53,578 nt of DNA from NCBI GenBank assembly GCA_015523195.1, contig WAKU01000024.1, positions 1-53,578 of the forward strand. The letters run 5' to 3'. The position numbers were made by a program, and so were the translations under genes. Each line of letters begins with the position of its first letter. The first letter of the stretch is position 1. Shown piece after piece: positions 19,858 to 32,160 of this stretch. The notes under the pieces are model-generated. The model saw only the letters and a list, made by a program, of their open reading frames with translations, was not told the origin of the DNA and made no database searches. The stretch is from Thermococcus sp. Its GTDB lineage: Archaea; Methanobacteriota_B; Thermococci; Thermococcales; Thermococcaceae.

Positions 19858-20286
19858 ATGGTAGACCGCTCAAAAGTCCGCGTTGTCGTAGCGAAGCCCG
19901 GCCTCGACGGCCACGACAGGGGGGCAAAGGTAGTTGCGAGGGCCCTCAAAGAGGCAGGCTACGAGGTCATCTACACCGGAATAAGGCAGACGCCGGAGCA
20001 GATAGTCGAAACGGTGGTTCAAGAAGACGCGTCCGTTCTGGGGATAAGCATCCTCTCCGGTGCGCACATGGTTCTCATCCCGAAGATACTCAGGCTTTTG
20101 GAGGAGAAGGGGCTGAAGCCCGGGGAGGACGTGGCCGTCTTCGCCGGCGGGATAATCCCCCCGGATGATGCAGAAGAACTAAAGAAGATGGGCGTCTTCG
20201 AGGTCTTCGGCCCTGGAACACCTCTTAAGGCCATAATAGAGGCCGTTGATAAGGCCGTTGAGAACCTCAAAAGGTTCGGGGCTTAA
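19858..20286 (+). CDS. Methylmalonyl-CoA mutase, cobalamin-binding small subunit
   Basis: AKPGLDGHDRGAK (DxHxxG), GISILSGAH, GGIIP, FGPGT. Confidence 0.92.
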   Translation: MVDRSKVRVVVAKPGLDGHDRGAKVVARALKEAGYEVIYTGIRQTPEQIVETVVQEDASVLGISILSGAHMVLIPKILRLLEEKGLKPGEDVAVFAGGIIPPDDAEELKKMGVFEVFGPGTPLKAIIEAVDKAVENLKRFGA

Positions 20287-20324
20287 CTTTATATTTCTCC
20301 TGGATAATTTCTCCAGTGATGCCT

Positions 20325-21296
20325 ATGGCCGAAGAGCTCGACGGCTTAATTGACCTTGCACTCAAGGGCGACAAGAAGGCCATAGCGAGGCTCATAACCC
20401 TCGTGGAGAACGACGAGGAGAAAGCTAAGGAGGTAATCCAGCGGGTTTACCCCCTTACGGGAAAGGCATACGTCGTGGGCGTAACCGGCCCCCCCGGCTC
20501 CGGGAAGTCAACCCTCCTCGACAAGCTCATAAAATTGGCAAGGGATGAGGGGCATAGGGTTGGTGTCATAGCCGTTGATCCGACTTCGCCCTTCACAGGC
20601 GGGGCTTTACTCGGCGACAGGCTGAGGATGCAGAGGCACTCAACAGATCCAGGCGTCTTCATAAGGAGCATGGCAACTCGCGGTGCCCTCGGGGGCTTGG
20701 CAAAAGCGACCAACGACGCGATAAAGGTTCTCGATGCCTCTGGCTATGACTTAATATTCGTCGAGACCGTTGGAGTCGGCCAGATAGAGGTGGATATTGT
20801 CAAGACTGCCGACACAGTTGTCCTCGTAACCGTCCCCGGTCTTGGCGACGAGGTTCAGGCCATAAAGGCCGGCCTCATGGAAGTGGCTGACATATTCGCC
20901 ATCAACAAGGCCGACAGGGAAGGGGTTGAGATGGTCTACCTTGAGCTCAAGATGGCCCTTGAGTTCGAGAGGGACAAGTGGAAGGAGCTCGGCTGGGAGC
21001 CGCCAATAGTCGAAACCACCGCCTTCACACTCAGGGGAGTCAGGCCCCTCTGGGAGGCCATAAAGAGGCACATGGAGTACATGGAGTCGAGCGGAAGGCT
21101 GAGGGAGCGCAGAACCTTCCGCGCGAGGGAAGAAGTCAAGACAATAATAGCATCCTCAGTCGCCAAGAGGGTCGAGGAGAGGCTTGCGGAAGGAGAGGCC
21201 AAGGAACTCATTGACGAGGTTGTGGAGAGGAAGCTCGACCCCTACTCGGCTTCTCGAATCGTGATGGAGAAACTTAAGGAGGATCTCTGGAGGTGA
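20325..21296 (+). CDS. meaB: Methylmalonyl-CoA mutase-associated GTPase MeaB
   Basis: [40 protein letters not shown]. Confidence 0.93.
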   Translation: MAEELDGLIDLALKGDKKAIARLITLVENDEEKAKEVIQRVYPLTGKAYVVGVTGPPGSGKSTLLDKLIKLARDEGHRVGVIAVDPTSPFTGGALLGDRLRMQRHSTDPGVFIRSMATRGALGGLAKATNDAIKVLDASGYDLIFVETVGVGQIEVDIVKTADTVVLVTVPGLGDEVQAIKAGLMEVADIFAINKADREGVEMVYLELKMALEFERDKWKELGWEPPIVETTAFTLRGVRPLWEAIKRHMEYMESSGRLRERRTFRAREEVKTIIASSVAKRVEERLAEGEAKELIDEVVERKLDPYSASRIVMEKLKEDLWR

Positions 21297-21300
21297 TAGC

Positions 21301-21699
21301 ATGTTTAGAAAGATAGACCACGTTGGTATAGCCGTTAGGAGCCTTGAAGAGGCCGTAAAGGTCTGGGAAGGCCTGGGCCTTAAGGTTGACGAGATCGAGG
21401 AAGTGCCGGATCAGAAGGTTAGAACTGCCATAATACACATTGGGGAAAGCAGGATTGAGCTTTTGGAGCCAACAGCAGAGGATTCGCCGATAGCGAAGTT
21501 CATAGCGAAGCGCGGCGAGGGAATACACCACATCGCCCTGGGCGTTGACAACATCGAAGAGCACCTAAAGGAGCTGAAGGAGAAGGGCTACCGCCTGATA
21601 GACGAGAAGCCGAGGATAGGCGCCGGTGGTGCGAAGATAGCCTTCGTTCATCCAAAGGCCGTAACGGGTGTGCTTCTCGAACTCTGCCAGCGCAGTTGA
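21301..21699 (+). CDS. mce: Methylmalonyl-CoA epimerase
   Basis: [35 protein letters not shown]. Confidence 0.93.
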   Translation: MFRKIDHVGIAVRSLEEAVKVWEGLGLKVDEIEEVPDQKVRTAIIHIGESRIELLEPTAEDSPIAKFIAKRGEGIHHIALGVDNIEEHLKELKEKGYRLIDEKPRIGAGGAKIAFVHPKAVTGVLLELCQRS

Positions 21700-21924
21700 G
21701 TGGATCTTCGAAGCCCAGTTGCGACCATTTTGTTATATTTATTGAACTTTCAGGTTTATGTTCTGAATGTGATTTGTTTCAACCTAAGATGTTACTAAAA
21801 TGTATACATTTTAAGGTTTTTATTGAATCTTAGCGTGAAATATGTTGGATATGCTACATAGTGCTCCCATTTGTAGTTAATCTTATAAGGAGAACAGTTG
21901 TAAACAGCGATGTAGGTGTGCAGT

Positions 21925-22392
21925 ATGGTGTTGTCCCTTAGGAGGCGCAGTCCAGAGGAGTGGAGCGAGGATTACCCCTTAGTTCCATACGATCGTTTTG
22001 TCTCCTTCCTTAGGTCAAAGGCCGCCAAAAAACCGATCTTTCTTGTAACGAGGTTTCATCCCTCTTACCTTGAGAGACTACTGGATCCCCTGAGTTCCAA
22101 TGTAATTCCAGTGTGGCTCAGCAACGTTAGCTCGCCGATGAGCGTTGGGCCCAGGGAGCTGTACCGGCTGGAGTCCATGGCGCTCGATAACATAAGGAAC
22201 AGGGGAACCGATGTGGTGCTCGAAGGGGTTGAATACATGTTTCTTGAAAACGGGGATGTTGGAACGTTAAGGTTCATTGGAAAGCTGCACGACGAAGCTG
22301 TGATCCACGGCTCGGGGTTTTACGTTGTTGTAAGCGACGCCTTTTCGGAGAGGCAGATCGCAATGCTCAAGGGGACGCTCGGCCTTCTGTGA
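21925..22392 (+). CDS. DUF835 family protein (inactive KaiC/RecA-like domain)
   Basis: FLVTR, VWLSNV, VGPRELYRL, VVLEGVEYMFLENG, FIGKLHD pattern. Confidence 0.75.
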   Translation: MVLSLRRRSPEEWSEDYPLVPYDRFVSFLRSKAAKKPIFLVTRFHPSYLERLLDPLSSNVIPVWLSNVSSPMSVGPRELYRLESMALDNIRNRGTDVVLEGVEYMFLENGDVGTLRFIGKLHDEAVIHGSGFYVVVSDAFSERQIAMLKGTLGLL

Positions 22393-22399
22393 GAAATGC

Positions 22400-22477
22400 T
22401 GGTGCGGTGGCCGGGATTCGAACCCGGGTTACCGGCTTGGAAGGCCGGTGTCCTGGACCAGGCTAGACTACCACCGC
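22400..22477 (-). tRNA. tRNA-Gly(TCC)
   Basis: gcggtgg acceptor, ccggc-ctTCCaa-gccgg, TTCGAAT, CCA. Confidence 0.97.
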
Positions 22478-22634
22478 GCGGTCGTCCATATATCCAGGGG
22501 CCGATTTAAAAAGTTTGTCCCGCGTTAGAGGTTGGGTGGTGAACACTTATGAACCTTGAGGAACCTCTCAGTCCTCGGATCTCCTCTTAAACTTTTCGTA
22601 AACCCTATAAATCCCTCCGCCACATTCCATCCTC

Positions 22635-22648
22635 GAAAAGCTTATATA
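22635..22648 (+). promoter_or_regulatory. BRE-TATA promoter of the RNA polymerase operon
   Basis: gaaaagcTTATATA about 60 nt upstream of rpoH. Confidence 0.65.
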
Positions 22649-22709
22649 GGAGAACCCAAAGCGGGGGGTAGTGGAGATATTCTAAAAAACTGTAAGGGGG
22701 CATTTCTCG

Positions 22710-22958
22710 GTGGCGACAAAGAAGGAGTTTAACGTGTTCATGCATGAGCTGGTTCCGGAGCACAGGGTGCTCAGCGAGAAGGAGAAAGAGGAGCTCCTCA
22801 ACAGATACAGGATCAAAATATCCCAGTTGCCTCAGATACTCGTTTCTGACCCTGCAGTGGTTGAGCTCGGTGCCAAGCCAGGGGACGTGATTGAGATAAA
22901 GAGGAAGAGCCCAACGGCAGGGGTCTACTATTACTACCGCCTCGTGGTTGAGGGATGA
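22710..22958 (+). CDS. rpoH: RNA polymerase subunit H (Rpo5)
   Basis: [31 protein letters not shown]. Confidence 0.96.
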   Translation: MATKKEFNVFMHELVPEHRVLSEKEKEELLNRYRIKISQLPQILVSDPAVVELGAKPGDVIEIKRKSPTAGVYYYYRLVVEG

Positions 22959-22975
22959 GTTTGAGGGGTGAGATC

Positions 22976-25900
22976 ATGGCATCCAGGGGTTTGAGCGTTG
23001 TTGAGTTTACTCCCAACGATCTGTGGCTTGTTATGGAGTCCTACTGGAAGGAAATGGGCCTCGTCAGGCAGCATCTCGATTCATATAACGCGTTCATTGA
23101 CCACGGCCTCCAGGAGGTTATAGACGAGTTCGGCGGCCTTAAGCCGGACATTCCTAACTTTGAGGTCAGATTCGGGAAGATACGCCTTGGAGAGCCGGTG
23201 TTTCAGGAGGCACAGGGGCAGAGAAGACCACTCTATCCCATGGACGCGAGGATAAGGAACTTGACCTACTCGGCTCCTCTCTTTCTGGAGCTTATTCCCG
23301 TTATCAACGGGATCGAGCAGGAGCCGGTTGAGGTCCGCATCGGCGAACTGCCGCTTATGCTGAAGTCCAAGGCCTGCAAGCTCTACGGACTCAGCGATGA
23401 GGAGCTCATAAAGCTCGGTGAGGATCCGAAGGACCCGGGGGGATACTTCATAATCAACGGCTCGGAGAGGGTTATAGTCTCCATTGAAGACCTTGCCCCG
23501 AACAAGACCCTCGTTGAGAGGGATGAGAGGCAGAACAAGGTCGTTGCAAAGGTCTTCTCCTACAGGCACGGCTACCGCGCCCTTATAACCGTGGAGAGGA
23601 GGAAAGACGGGATCCTCTACGTTACCATCCCCAACGTCCCCAAGCCAGTGAAATTCGTCTACGTAATGCGCGCCCTCGGTCTCCTGACCGATAAGGAGAT
23701 AGTAGAGGCAGTGAGCGACGATCCGAGGATACAGCAGGTTCTCTTTGACAACCTTGAGGACGCCAGCGATATAAGAACCCAGGAGGAGGCCATGGACTAC
23801 ATAGGAAAGCTCTCCCTCCCAGGACAGCCCAGGGAATACAGGCTCAGAAGGGCCGAGAACGTTATAGACAACAACCTCCTTCCCCATATGGGGGTTTCTC
23901 CCGAGGACAGAAGCGCGAAGGCTTACTACCTCGGCATGATGGCCCTCAAGGTTCTCGAACTCTCCCTCGGGCTCCGCGGCGAAGACGACAAGGATCACTA
24001 CGCCAACAAGAGGCTGAAGCTCGCCGGTGACCTCCTCAAAGACCTCTTCAGGATAGCCTTCGGTCAGCTCGTTAAGGATATGCAGTACCAGATGACCAAA
24101 ACATACCAGAGGAAGGGCGAGCGCTACACCTTTGAGAACATCCAGCGCTTTGTGAGGAACTCCGTGAGGCCGGACGTCCTGAGCGAGAGGATCGAGCACG
24201 CCCTCGCAACAGGCTCCTGGCCCGGTGGAAGGACGGGCGTCAGCCAGCTCCTCGACAGGACGAACTACATCTCAACCCTCTCCCATCTAAGGCGCGTTAC
24301 ATCTCCTCTGAGCAGGGAGCAACCGCACTTCGAGGCAAGAGACCTTCACGGAACTCACTGGGGCAGGATCTGCCCGACGGAAACCCCGGAGGGTCCCAAC
24401 TGCGGTCTCGTTAAGAACCTCGCCCTGATGTCCCAGATCACAACGGGCGTCCCCGAGAAGGAGGTTAAGGAGTACCTGATGGGGCTCGGCATAACGCCCC
24501 TTGAGGAGCGCAGGCCATCACCTGGTATTTACAGGGTCTACCTCAACGGCGTTCTCATAGGCACGACCGAAAACGGGAGGCAGCTCGTCGAGAAAGTCAG
24601 GAGGGAGAGGAGAAGCGGCAACCTGAGCGACGTCATCAACATAGCGATCTACGAGGACGAGGACGTTAGGGAGATATACGTTAACAGCGACGACGGCAGG
24701 GTCAGGCGCCCCCTGATAATCGTTGAGAATGGAAAGCCAAAGCTCACCCGGGAGCACGTGGAGGGCATAAAGAACGGCACACTGAGCTGGAGCGACCTCA
24801 TAAGGATGGGCGTTATAGAGTACCTCGACGCCGAGGAGGAGGAGAACGCCTACGTTGCGACCTGGCCCTGGGAGGTCACCGAGGAGCACACCCACCTTGA
24901 GCTTATGCCAGCAGCAATACTCGGGATTCCCGCTTCTCTCGTTCCCTATCCAGAGCACAACGCTGCCCCGAGAAACACCTACGGGGCCGGCATGGCAAAG
25001 CAGAGCCTCGGGCTCGGCAGCGCCAACTTCAGGATAAGGGTAGACACGCGGGGGCACCTGATGCACTACCCGGAGATCCCCCTCGTCAACTCAAGGATCA
25101 TGAAGGCGGTTGGCTTTGAGGAGAGGCCGGCAGGCCAGAACTTCGTGGTTGCGGTTCTCAGCTATCACGGCTACAACATGGAGGACGCCATAATAATGAA
25201 CAAGGCCTCCATAGAGCGCGGCCTCGGGAGGAGCAGCTTTTTCAGAACCTATGAGGCCGAGGAAAAGCGCTACCTCGGCGGCCAGATGGACCGCTTTGAG
25301 AAGCCCGACCCGACCATCAAAGGCTACCTCGGGGACAGGTACTACCGGAACCTTGACGAGGACGGCATAATTTTCCCCGAATCAAAGGTTGAGGGAAAGG
25401 ACGTTCTTGTTGGCAGGACTTCCCCGCCGAGGTTCCTTGAGGAGCAGAGCGGGCTTGGCGGGATAGCCCTCCAGGAGAGGAGGGAGACGAGCATAAGTGT
25501 GAGGCCGAGTGAGAGGGGCATCGTCGACAAGGTCATCCTCACGGAGACCGGGGACGGGACGAAGCTCGTCAAGGTAACGGTGAGGGACCTGCGCATACCA
25601 GAGCTCGGCGATAAGTTCGCGAGCAGGCACGGACAGAAGGGCGTCATCGGCTTAATCGTCCCGCAGGAGGACATGCCCTGGACGGAAAGCGGAATCGTTC
25701 CCGACTTAATCGTCAACCCGCACGGCATCCCGAGCCGCATGACCGTTGGGCAGCTCATAGAGGCAATAGGTGGAAAGGTGGCCGCGCTGAAGGGCAGGCG
25801 CGTTGATGGGACCGCCTTCATAGGCGAACCCGAGGAGAAGCTCAGAAGGGAGCTGGAGGAGCTCGGCTTCAGGCACAACGGCAGGGAGATCATGTACGAC

Positions 25901-26344
25901 GGGATAACCGGCAGGAGATTGGAGGCGGACATATTCGTCGGCGTGATCTACTACCAGCGCTTACACCACATGGTGGCAGACAAGATGCACGCCCGCTCTC
26001 GCGGTCCGGTTCAGGTTCTCACCAAGCAGCCGACCGAGGGAAGGGCCCGCGAGGGAGGTCTGAGGTTCGGTGAGATGGAGAGGGACGTGCTCGTTGGCCA
26101 TGGGGCAGCGATGCTCCTGATAGAGCGCCTGCTTGAGGAGAGCGACAAGACCGAAGTGTGGGTCTGCGAGAACTGCGGGCACATTGCCATCGAGGACAAG
26201 CGCCGCGGCAAGGTGTACTGCCCCGTATGCGGGGAGGAGGAGAGGATAAGCAAGGTGGAGATGAGCTACGCGTTCAAGCTCCTCCTCGATGAGCTGAAGG
26301 CGATGGTGATACGGCCTTCGCTCAAATTGAAGGATAGGGTGTGA
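22976..26344 (+). CDS. rpoB: RNA polymerase subunit B (Rpo2), unsplit, no intein
   Basis: [52 protein letters not shown]. Confidence 0.98.
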   Translation: MASRGLSVVEFTPNDLWLVMESYWKEMGLVRQHLDSYNAFIDHGLQEVIDEFGGLKPDIPNFEVRFGKIRLGEPVFQEAQGQRRPLYPMDARIRNLTYSAPLFLELIPVINGIEQEPVEVRIGELPLMLKSKACKLYGLSDEELIKLGEDPKDPGGYFIINGSERVIVSIEDLAPNKTLVERDERQNKVVAKVFSYRHGYRALITVERRKDGILYVTIPNVPKPVKFVYVMRALGLLTDKEIVEAVSDDPRIQQVLFDNLEDASDIRTQEEAMDYIGKLSLPGQPREYRLRRAENVIDNNLLPHMGVSPEDRSAKAYYLGMMALKVLELSLGLRGEDDKDHYANKRLKLAGDLLKDLFRIAFGQLVKDMQYQMTKTYQRKGERYTFENIQRFVRNSVRPDVLSERIEHALATGSWPGGRTGVSQLLDRTNYISTLSHLRRVTSPLSREQPHFEARDLHGTHWGRICPTETPEGPNCGLVKNLALMSQITTGVPEKEVKEYLMGLGITPLEERRPSPGIYRVYLNGVLIGTTENGRQLVEKVRRERRSGNLSDVINIAIYEDEDVREIYVNSDDGRVRRPLIIVENGKPKLTREHVEGIKNGTLSWSDLIRMGVIEYLDAEEEENAYVATWPWEVTEEHTHLELMPAAILGIPASLVPYPEHNAAPRNTYGAGMAKQSLGLGSANFRIRVDTRGHLMHYPEIPLVNSRIMKAVGFEERPAGQNFVVAVLSYHGYNMEDAIIMNKASIERGLGRSSFFRTYEAEEKRYLGGQMDRFEKPDPTIKGYLGDRYYRNLDEDGIIFPESKVEGKDVLVGRTSPPRFLEEQSGLGGIALQERRETSISVRPSERGIVDKVILTETGDGTKLVKVTVRDLRIPELGDKFASRHGQKGVIGLIVPQEDMPWTESGIVPDLIVNPHGIPSRMTVGQLIEAIGGKVAALKGRRVDGTAFIGEPEEKLRRELEELGFRHNGREIMYDGITGRRLEADIFVGVIYYQRLHHMVADKMHARSRGPVQVLTKQPTEGRAREGGLRFGEMERDVLVGHGAAMLLIERLLEESDKTEVWVCENCGHIAIEDKRRGKVYCPVCGEEERISKVEMSYAFKLLLDELKAMVIRPSLKLKDRV

Positions 26345-26349
26345 TGGCC

Positions 26350-29076
26350 ATGCAGTCAATGAAGAAGGTCATCGGAAGTATTGAGTTCGGCATACTCTCA
26401 CCCCAGGAAATAAGGAAGATGAGCGCGGCCGAGATAACCGTGCCCGACACCTACGACGACGACGGCTATCCTATAGAGGGCGGCCTTATGGACAAGAGGC
26501 TCGGTGTGATAGACCCCGGGCTTAGATGCGAGACCTGCGGCGCCAGGGCCGGCGAGTGCCCGGGCCATTTCGGCCACATAGAGCTCGCGAGGCCCGTGAT
26601 CCACGTCGGCTTTGCCAAAACGATACATCGCGTTTTGGAGAGCACATGCCGCGAGTGCGGCAGGATAAAGCTCACGGACGAGGAGATAGATGAGTACATG
26701 AAGAAGTTCGAGGTCGTCGGCGACAGGAAGAAGGCCAAGGACAAGCTCATCAAGGAGATACACAAGAAGGCCAAGGAGAGAATGGTCTGCCCTCACTGCG
26801 GCGCCCCGCAGTTCCCGATAAAGTTCGAGAGGCCGACGATATACTACGAGCTCAGAAAGGACGAGGAGGGCAACGAGTACAAGCACAGGATGATGCCGAC
26901 CGAGATAAGGGACAGGCTTGAGAGGATTCCCGACAGGGATCTGCCACTCCTCGGCCTCCATCCAGAGAAGTCCCGCCCCGAGTGGATGGTTCTAACAGTC
27001 CTTCCCGTCCCGCCGGTTACCATGAGGCCCTCGATAACCCTCGAAAGCGGCATCAGGGCGGAGGACGACCTCACCCACAAGCTCGTTGACATTATAAGGA
27101 TAAACAACCGCCTCAAGAGCAACATAGAGGCAGGAGCACCCCAGCTCATCATCGAAGACCTCTGGGATCTCCTCCAGTACCACGTGACGACCTACATAAA
27201 CAACGAGACATCGGGCATCCCGCCTGCAAAGCACAAGAGCGGGAGACCCCTCAAGACCCTCGCCCAGCGCCTTAAGGGCAAGGAAGGCCGCTTCAGGGGA
27301 AACCTCAGCGGCAAGCGCGTCAACTTCTCGGCGAGGACGGTGATAAGCCCCGACCCGATGATAAGCATCAACGAGGTCGGTGTTCCCTTGGCCATAGCAA
27401 TGGAGCTTACGGTTCCCGAGAAGGTGACGGAGTTCAACTTCGAGAAGCTCAGGGAGAGGGTTATGAACGGGCCGGAGAAGTACCCTGGTGCCAACTACGT
27501 TATAGACCCCGAGGGGAGAAGGATCAGGATCATGGAGAACAACCGTGAGAAGATCGTCAACGAGCTCCTCGACATAGGGTGGACCGTCGAGAGGCACCTT
27601 GAGGACGGGGACATAGTTCTCTTCAACAGACAGCCAAGCCTCCACAGGATGAGCATAATGGCCCACCGCGTCCGCGTCATGCCCTACAGAACCTTCCGCC
27701 TCAACCTCCCCGTCTGCCCGCCCTACAACGCCGACTTCGACGGTGACGAGATGAACCTCCACGTCCCCCAGACAGAGGAGGCCCAGGCCGAGGCGAAGAT
27801 CCTCATGGAGGTTCAGAACCACATCATATCCCCGCGTTACGGAGGGCCTCTCATAGCAGGGATCCAGGATCACATCTCCGGCGGCTACCTGCTGACCCGT
27901 GAGGGGGCCTACTTCACGAGGCCCGAGGTGGAGCAGATGCTGACCTTCGCGGGGGTTGAAGTTGACGAGCTCCCCGAACCGGATAAGTTCGAGAACGGGG
28001 AACCACTCTGGAGCGGGAAGGCGATATTCTCCCTGCTCCTCCCCGACGACCTGACCATCTGGTACCGCAACAAGCTCTGCGATGAGTCCGAGCGCTGCGA
28101 CGCACTTGAGAGGCTCATCGAGGAGAAGTTCATCCCCGATCCTGATGAGGTGAGGGAGCTCGCCTACGACGGCTTCGTCTACATCCAGAACGGGAAGCTC
28201 CTCAGCGGTGCCATAGACAAGAAGGCCTACGGAAGGGAGGACGGGAAGCTACTCGACATCATCGTGAGGGAGTACGGGGCGGAGAGGGCCAGGCAGTTCC
28301 TCGACCAGGTGACCAAACTGGCCATCTGGGTTATAACGCACAGGGGCTTCACAACTGCCATAGACGATGAAGACCTGCCGGAGGAGGCCCTCGACAGAAT
28401 CAGCGAGATAATCCGGGACGCGGAGGAGAGGGTCAACAGGCTCATAGACGCCTACAGGCGGGGCGAACTTGAGCCCCTCCCGGGCAAGAGCCTTGAGGAG
28501 ACCCTTGAGAGCAAGATCATGGCAGTCCTCGCGGAGGCCCGTGACAACGCCGGCAGCGTGGCCGAGAAGTACCTCGGTATGGGGAACCACGCCGTCGTAA
28601 TGGCGAAGACCGGTGCGAGGGGCAAGATCCTCAACATCACCCAGATGGCGGCGATGCTCGGCCAGCAGTCGATCCGCGGAAAGCGCCTTTACCGCGGCTA
28701 CCGCGGGAGGGTTCTCACTCACTTCAAGCCCGGCGACCTCGGGGCGAGGGCAAGGGGCTTTGTCACGAACTCCTACAAGAGCGGACTCACCCCCCAGGAG
28801 TACTTCTTCCACGCCATGGGCGGCAGGGAAGGCCTCGTCGATACCGCGGTGAGAACCGCCCAGAGCGGCTACATGCAGCGCAGGCTCATAAACGCGCTCC
28901 AGGATCTCAAAGTTGACTACGACGGAACCGTGAGGGACCCGACCGGGATAATAGTCCAGTTCAAGTACGGGGAGGACGGCGTTGACCCAATGAGGAGCTG
29001 GGGAGGCAGCACGCTCGACGTTGACAGGGTGATCATGAGGACGCTGCTCAAATCGAGGGGCAACGGGAGGAGGTGA
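26350..29076 (+). CDS. rpoA1: RNA polymerase subunit A' (Rpo1N)
   Basis: NADFDGDEMN catalytic motif, CPGHFGHI, GGREGLVDTAVRT. Confidence 0.98.
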   Translation: MQSMKKVIGSIEFGILSPQEIRKMSAAEITVPDTYDDDGYPIEGGLMDKRLGVIDPGLRCETCGARAGECPGHFGHIELARPVIHVGFAKTIHRVLESTCRECGRIKLTDEEIDEYMKKFEVVGDRKKAKDKLIKEIHKKAKERMVCPHCGAPQFPIKFERPTIYYELRKDEEGNEYKHRMMPTEIRDRLERIPDRDLPLLGLHPEKSRPEWMVLTVLPVPPVTMRPSITLESGIRAEDDLTHKLVDIIRINNRLKSNIEAGAPQLIIEDLWDLLQYHVTTYINNETSGIPPAKHKSGRPLKTLAQRLKGKEGRFRGNLSGKRVNFSARTVISPDPMISINEVGVPLAIAMELTVPEKVTEFNFEKLRERVMNGPEKYPGANYVIDPEGRRIRIMENNREKIVNELLDIGWTVERHLEDGDIVLFNRQPSLHRMSIMAHRVRVMPYRTFRLNLPVCPPYNADFDGDEMNLHVPQTEEAQAEAKILMEVQNHIISPRYGGPLIAGIQDHISGGYLLTREGAYFTRPEVEQMLTFAGVEVDELPEPDKFENGEPLWSGKAIFSLLLPDDLTIWYRNKLCDESERCDALERLIEEKFIPDPDEVRELAYDGFVYIQNGKLLSGAIDKKAYGREDGKLLDIIVREYGAERARQFLDQVTKLAIWVITHRGFTTAIDDEDLPEEALDRISEIIRDAEERVNRLIDAYRRGELEPLPGKSLEETLESKIMAVLAEARDNAGSVAEKYLGMGNHAVVMAKTGARGKILNITQMAAMLGQQSIRGKRLYRGYRGRVLTHFKPGDLGARARGFVTNSYKSGLTPQEYFFHAMGGREGLVDTAVRTAQSGYMQRRLINALQDLKVDYDGTVRDPTGIIVQFKYGEDGVDPMRSWGGSTLDVDRVIMRTLLKSRGNGRR

Positions 29077-29081
29077 TCCGA

Positions 29082-30257
29082 ATGGTATCCGCCAAGACCA
29101 TAAAAAGCCTCGTTGACAAGGCCGAGCTTCCTGATGACCTGAAGGGGAAGCTCTACTCAAAACTCCTCGAGTACAACAGGAAGTACAAACTGAAGAAGGC
29201 TGAAGTCGAGGCCATAATCGAGGAGACCCTCTCCGAGTATCAGAACGCCCTTGTTGAGCCGGGAGAGCCCATTGGAACCGTGGCGGCCCAGTCCATAGGT
29301 GAGCCATCCACCCAGATGACCCTCAACACCTTCCACTACGCGGGCGTTGCGGAGATCAACGTCACCCTCGGTCTGCCGAGGATCATCGAGATTGTTGACG
29401 CCAGGAAGAACCCTTCGACGCCCATAATGACAGTCTACCTCGATGAGGAGCACAGGGCCGATATGGAGAAGGCCCTTGAGGTCGCGAGGAGGATAGAGGG
29501 GACGACGATAGAGAACTTGGCGAGGGAGACCACAATAGACATACTGAACTTTGAGTTCATAGTTGACATAGACCCTGAGAGGCTTGAGAAGGCCGGCCTG
29601 GACATGGACAGGGTCTTGAAGAAGCTTTCGGGCTCTTTCAAGAGTGCGGAGTTTGAGGTTGATGGCTACACCCTAATAGCCAGGCCCAAGAAGGCCGGGA
29701 AGCTCTCCGACCTCAGGAGGCTCTCCGAAAAGGTTAAAAAGCACCGCCTTAAGGGTCTCTCTGGCGTCGGGAAGACCATCATAAGGAAGGAAGGCGACGA
29801 ATACGTCATCTACACCGAGGGCTCGAACTTCAAGCAGGTGCTCAAGGTTCCGGGGGTCGACCCGACGAGAACCAGGACGAACAACATCTGGGAGATCGCC
29901 GAGGTGCTCGGGATCGAGGCCGCGAGGAACGCCATCATAGAGGAGATCGTCAACACGATGCGCGAGCAGGGCCTTGAGGTTGACGTCAGGCACATAATGC
30001 TCGTCGCCGACATGATGACCCTCGATGGGGTCATAAGGCCGATAGGCCGGCACGGTGTTGTGGGCGAGAAGGCCAGCGTCCTCGCAAGGGCGGCCTTCGA
30101 GATAACGACCCAGCACCTGTTCGAGGCCGCTGAGAGGGGAGAAGTTGACCCGCTCAACGGCGTGGTAGAGAACGTGCTCGTGGGGCAGCCTGTGCCAGTT
30201 GGCACTGGGATGGTTAAACTCGCAATGGCTCTCCCCCTGAGACCGAAAAGGGAGTAG
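29082..30257 (+). CDS. rpoA2: RNA polymerase subunit A'' (Rpo1C)
   Basis: AAQSIGEPSTQMTLNTFH trigger loop, LGIEAAR, ARAAFE. Confidence 0.98.
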   Translation: MVSAKTIKSLVDKAELPDDLKGKLYSKLLEYNRKYKLKKAEVEAIIEETLSEYQNALVEPGEPIGTVAAQSIGEPSTQMTLNTFHYAGVAEINVTLGLPRIIEIVDARKNPSTPIMTVYLDEEHRADMEKALEVARRIEGTTIENLARETTIDILNFEFIVDIDPERLEKAGLDMDRVLKKLSGSFKSAEFEVDGYTLIARPKKAGKLSDLRRLSEKVKKHRLKGLSGVGKTIIRKEGDEYVIYTEGSNFKQVLKVPGVDPTRTRTNNIWEIAEVLGIEAARNAIIEEIVNTMREQGLEVDVRHIMLVADMMTLDGVIRPIGRHGVVGEKASVLARAAFEITTQHLFEAAERGEVDPLNGVVENVLVGQPVPVGTGMVKLAMALPLRPKRE

Positions 30258-30270
30258 GGAGGTGTAACGG

Positions 30271-31013
<743 letters not shown>

Positions 31014-31023
31014 GGTGAGGATC

Positions 31024-31467
31024 ATGAGTGGAAAGAAGGCCCCGTATGGAGAGTTCGCCGGAAGGAAGCTCAAGCTCAAGAGGAAGAAGTTCCGGTGGAG
31101 CGACATAACCTACAAGAGAAGGGTGCTCCGCCTCAAGGAGAAGAGCGACCCCCTCGGAGGGGCCCCCCAGGCCAAGGGGATAGTCCTTGAAAAGATCGCG
31201 GTTGAGGCGAAGCAGCCCAACTCGGCCATGCGTAAAGCTGTTCGTGTGCAGCTCATAAAGAACGGCAAGGTAGTCACCGCCTTCACCCCGGGTGATGGGG
31301 CAATAAACCACATAGACGAGCACGATGAAGTGATAATCGAGGGGATTGGAGGCCCCAAGGGCGGTTCCGTTGGCGATATCCCGGGTATCAGGTATAAGGT
31401 TGTCAAGGTCAACCGCGTCAGCCTCAAGGAGCTCGTCAAGGGCAGAAAGGAGAAGCCGAGGAGGTGA
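31024..31467 (+). CDS. rps12: 30S ribosomal protein S12
   Basis: [32 protein letters not shown]. Confidence 0.98.
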   Translation: MSGKKAPYGEFAGRKLKLKRKKFRWSDITYKRRVLRLKEKSDPLGGAPQAKGIVLEKIAVEAKQPNSAMRKAVRVQLIKNGKVVTAFTPGDGAINHIDEHDEVIIEGIGGPKGGSVGDIPGIRYKVVKVNRVSLKELVKGRKEKPRR

Positions 31468-31472
31468 AGTGC

Positions 31473-32120
31473 ATGGCCAAGCCACTCAGCGAGCGCTTCT
31501 TCGTCCCGAAGGAAGTCAAGCTCATGGGCAGGTGGAGCGTCGAGGACGTTGTCGTCAACGACCCCTCCCTCAGGCCTTACATATCCATCGAACCTAAGAT
31601 ACTCCCCCACAGCCACGGCAGGCATGCAAAGAAGTCCTTTGGCAAGGCCAACGTCCACATCGTTGAAAGGCTCATCAACAAGGTCATGAGGAGCGGTGCC
31701 AGCCACTCCAAGGCGGGCGGCCACTTCATGAGGCGTGAGCACCGCTCAATAATGAGCAAGAAGATGAAAGCCTATGAAGTCGTCAAGGAGGCCTTCATGA
31801 TCATCGAGCGCAGAACCAAGCAGAACCCTCTCCAGGTTCTCATCAGGGCCATTGAAAACTCGTCCCCGAGGGAGGACACGACCACGATAGCCTTCGGCGG
31901 CATAAGGTACCACATGGCCGTTGACGTCTCCCCACTCAGGAGGCTCGACATCGCCTTAAAGAACATCGCCCTCGGCGCGAGCATAAAGTGCTACCGCAAC
32001 AAGACCAGCTACGCCCGGGCCCTCGCGGAGGAGATAATCGCGGCTGCCAACGCGGATCCCAAGAGCTTCGCCTACAGCAAGAAGGAGGAGATCGAGAGGA
32101 TCGCCCAGTCCTCGCGCTGA
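31473..32120 (+). CDS. rps7: 30S ribosomal protein S7
   Basis: [38 protein letters not shown]. Confidence 0.98.
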   Translation: MAKPLSERFFVPKEVKLMGRWSVEDVVVNDPSLRPYISIEPKILPHSHGRHAKKSFGKANVHIVERLINKVMRSGASHSKAGGHFMRREHRSIMSKKMKAYEVVKEAFMIIERRTKQNPLQVLIRAIENSSPREDTTTIAFGGIRYHMAVDVSPLRRLDIALKNIALGASIKCYRNKTSYARALAEEIIAAANADPKSFAYSKKEEIERIAQSSR

Positions 32121-32130
32121 AGACTGACCG

Positions 32131-32156
32131 CTTTCTCTTCTATTCCTCTTTTCTCA
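32131..32156 (+). terminator. Pyrimidine-rich terminator after rps7
   Basis: ctttctcttctattcctcttttctc between convergent genes. Confidence 0.5.
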
Positions 32157-32160
32157 TACC

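Noticed and set aside
22548-22590. Tiny ORF MNLEEPLSPRISS after a GGTGA
   Set aside because: 13 codons between two promoters with no other support
22976-30257. Inteins or a split rpoB in the RNA polymerase genes
   Set aside because: Lengths are standard and conserved motifs are uninterrupted
32120-32160. Absence of EF-2 after rps7
   Set aside because: As I recall this is the normal arrangement in Thermococcales, not a lesion
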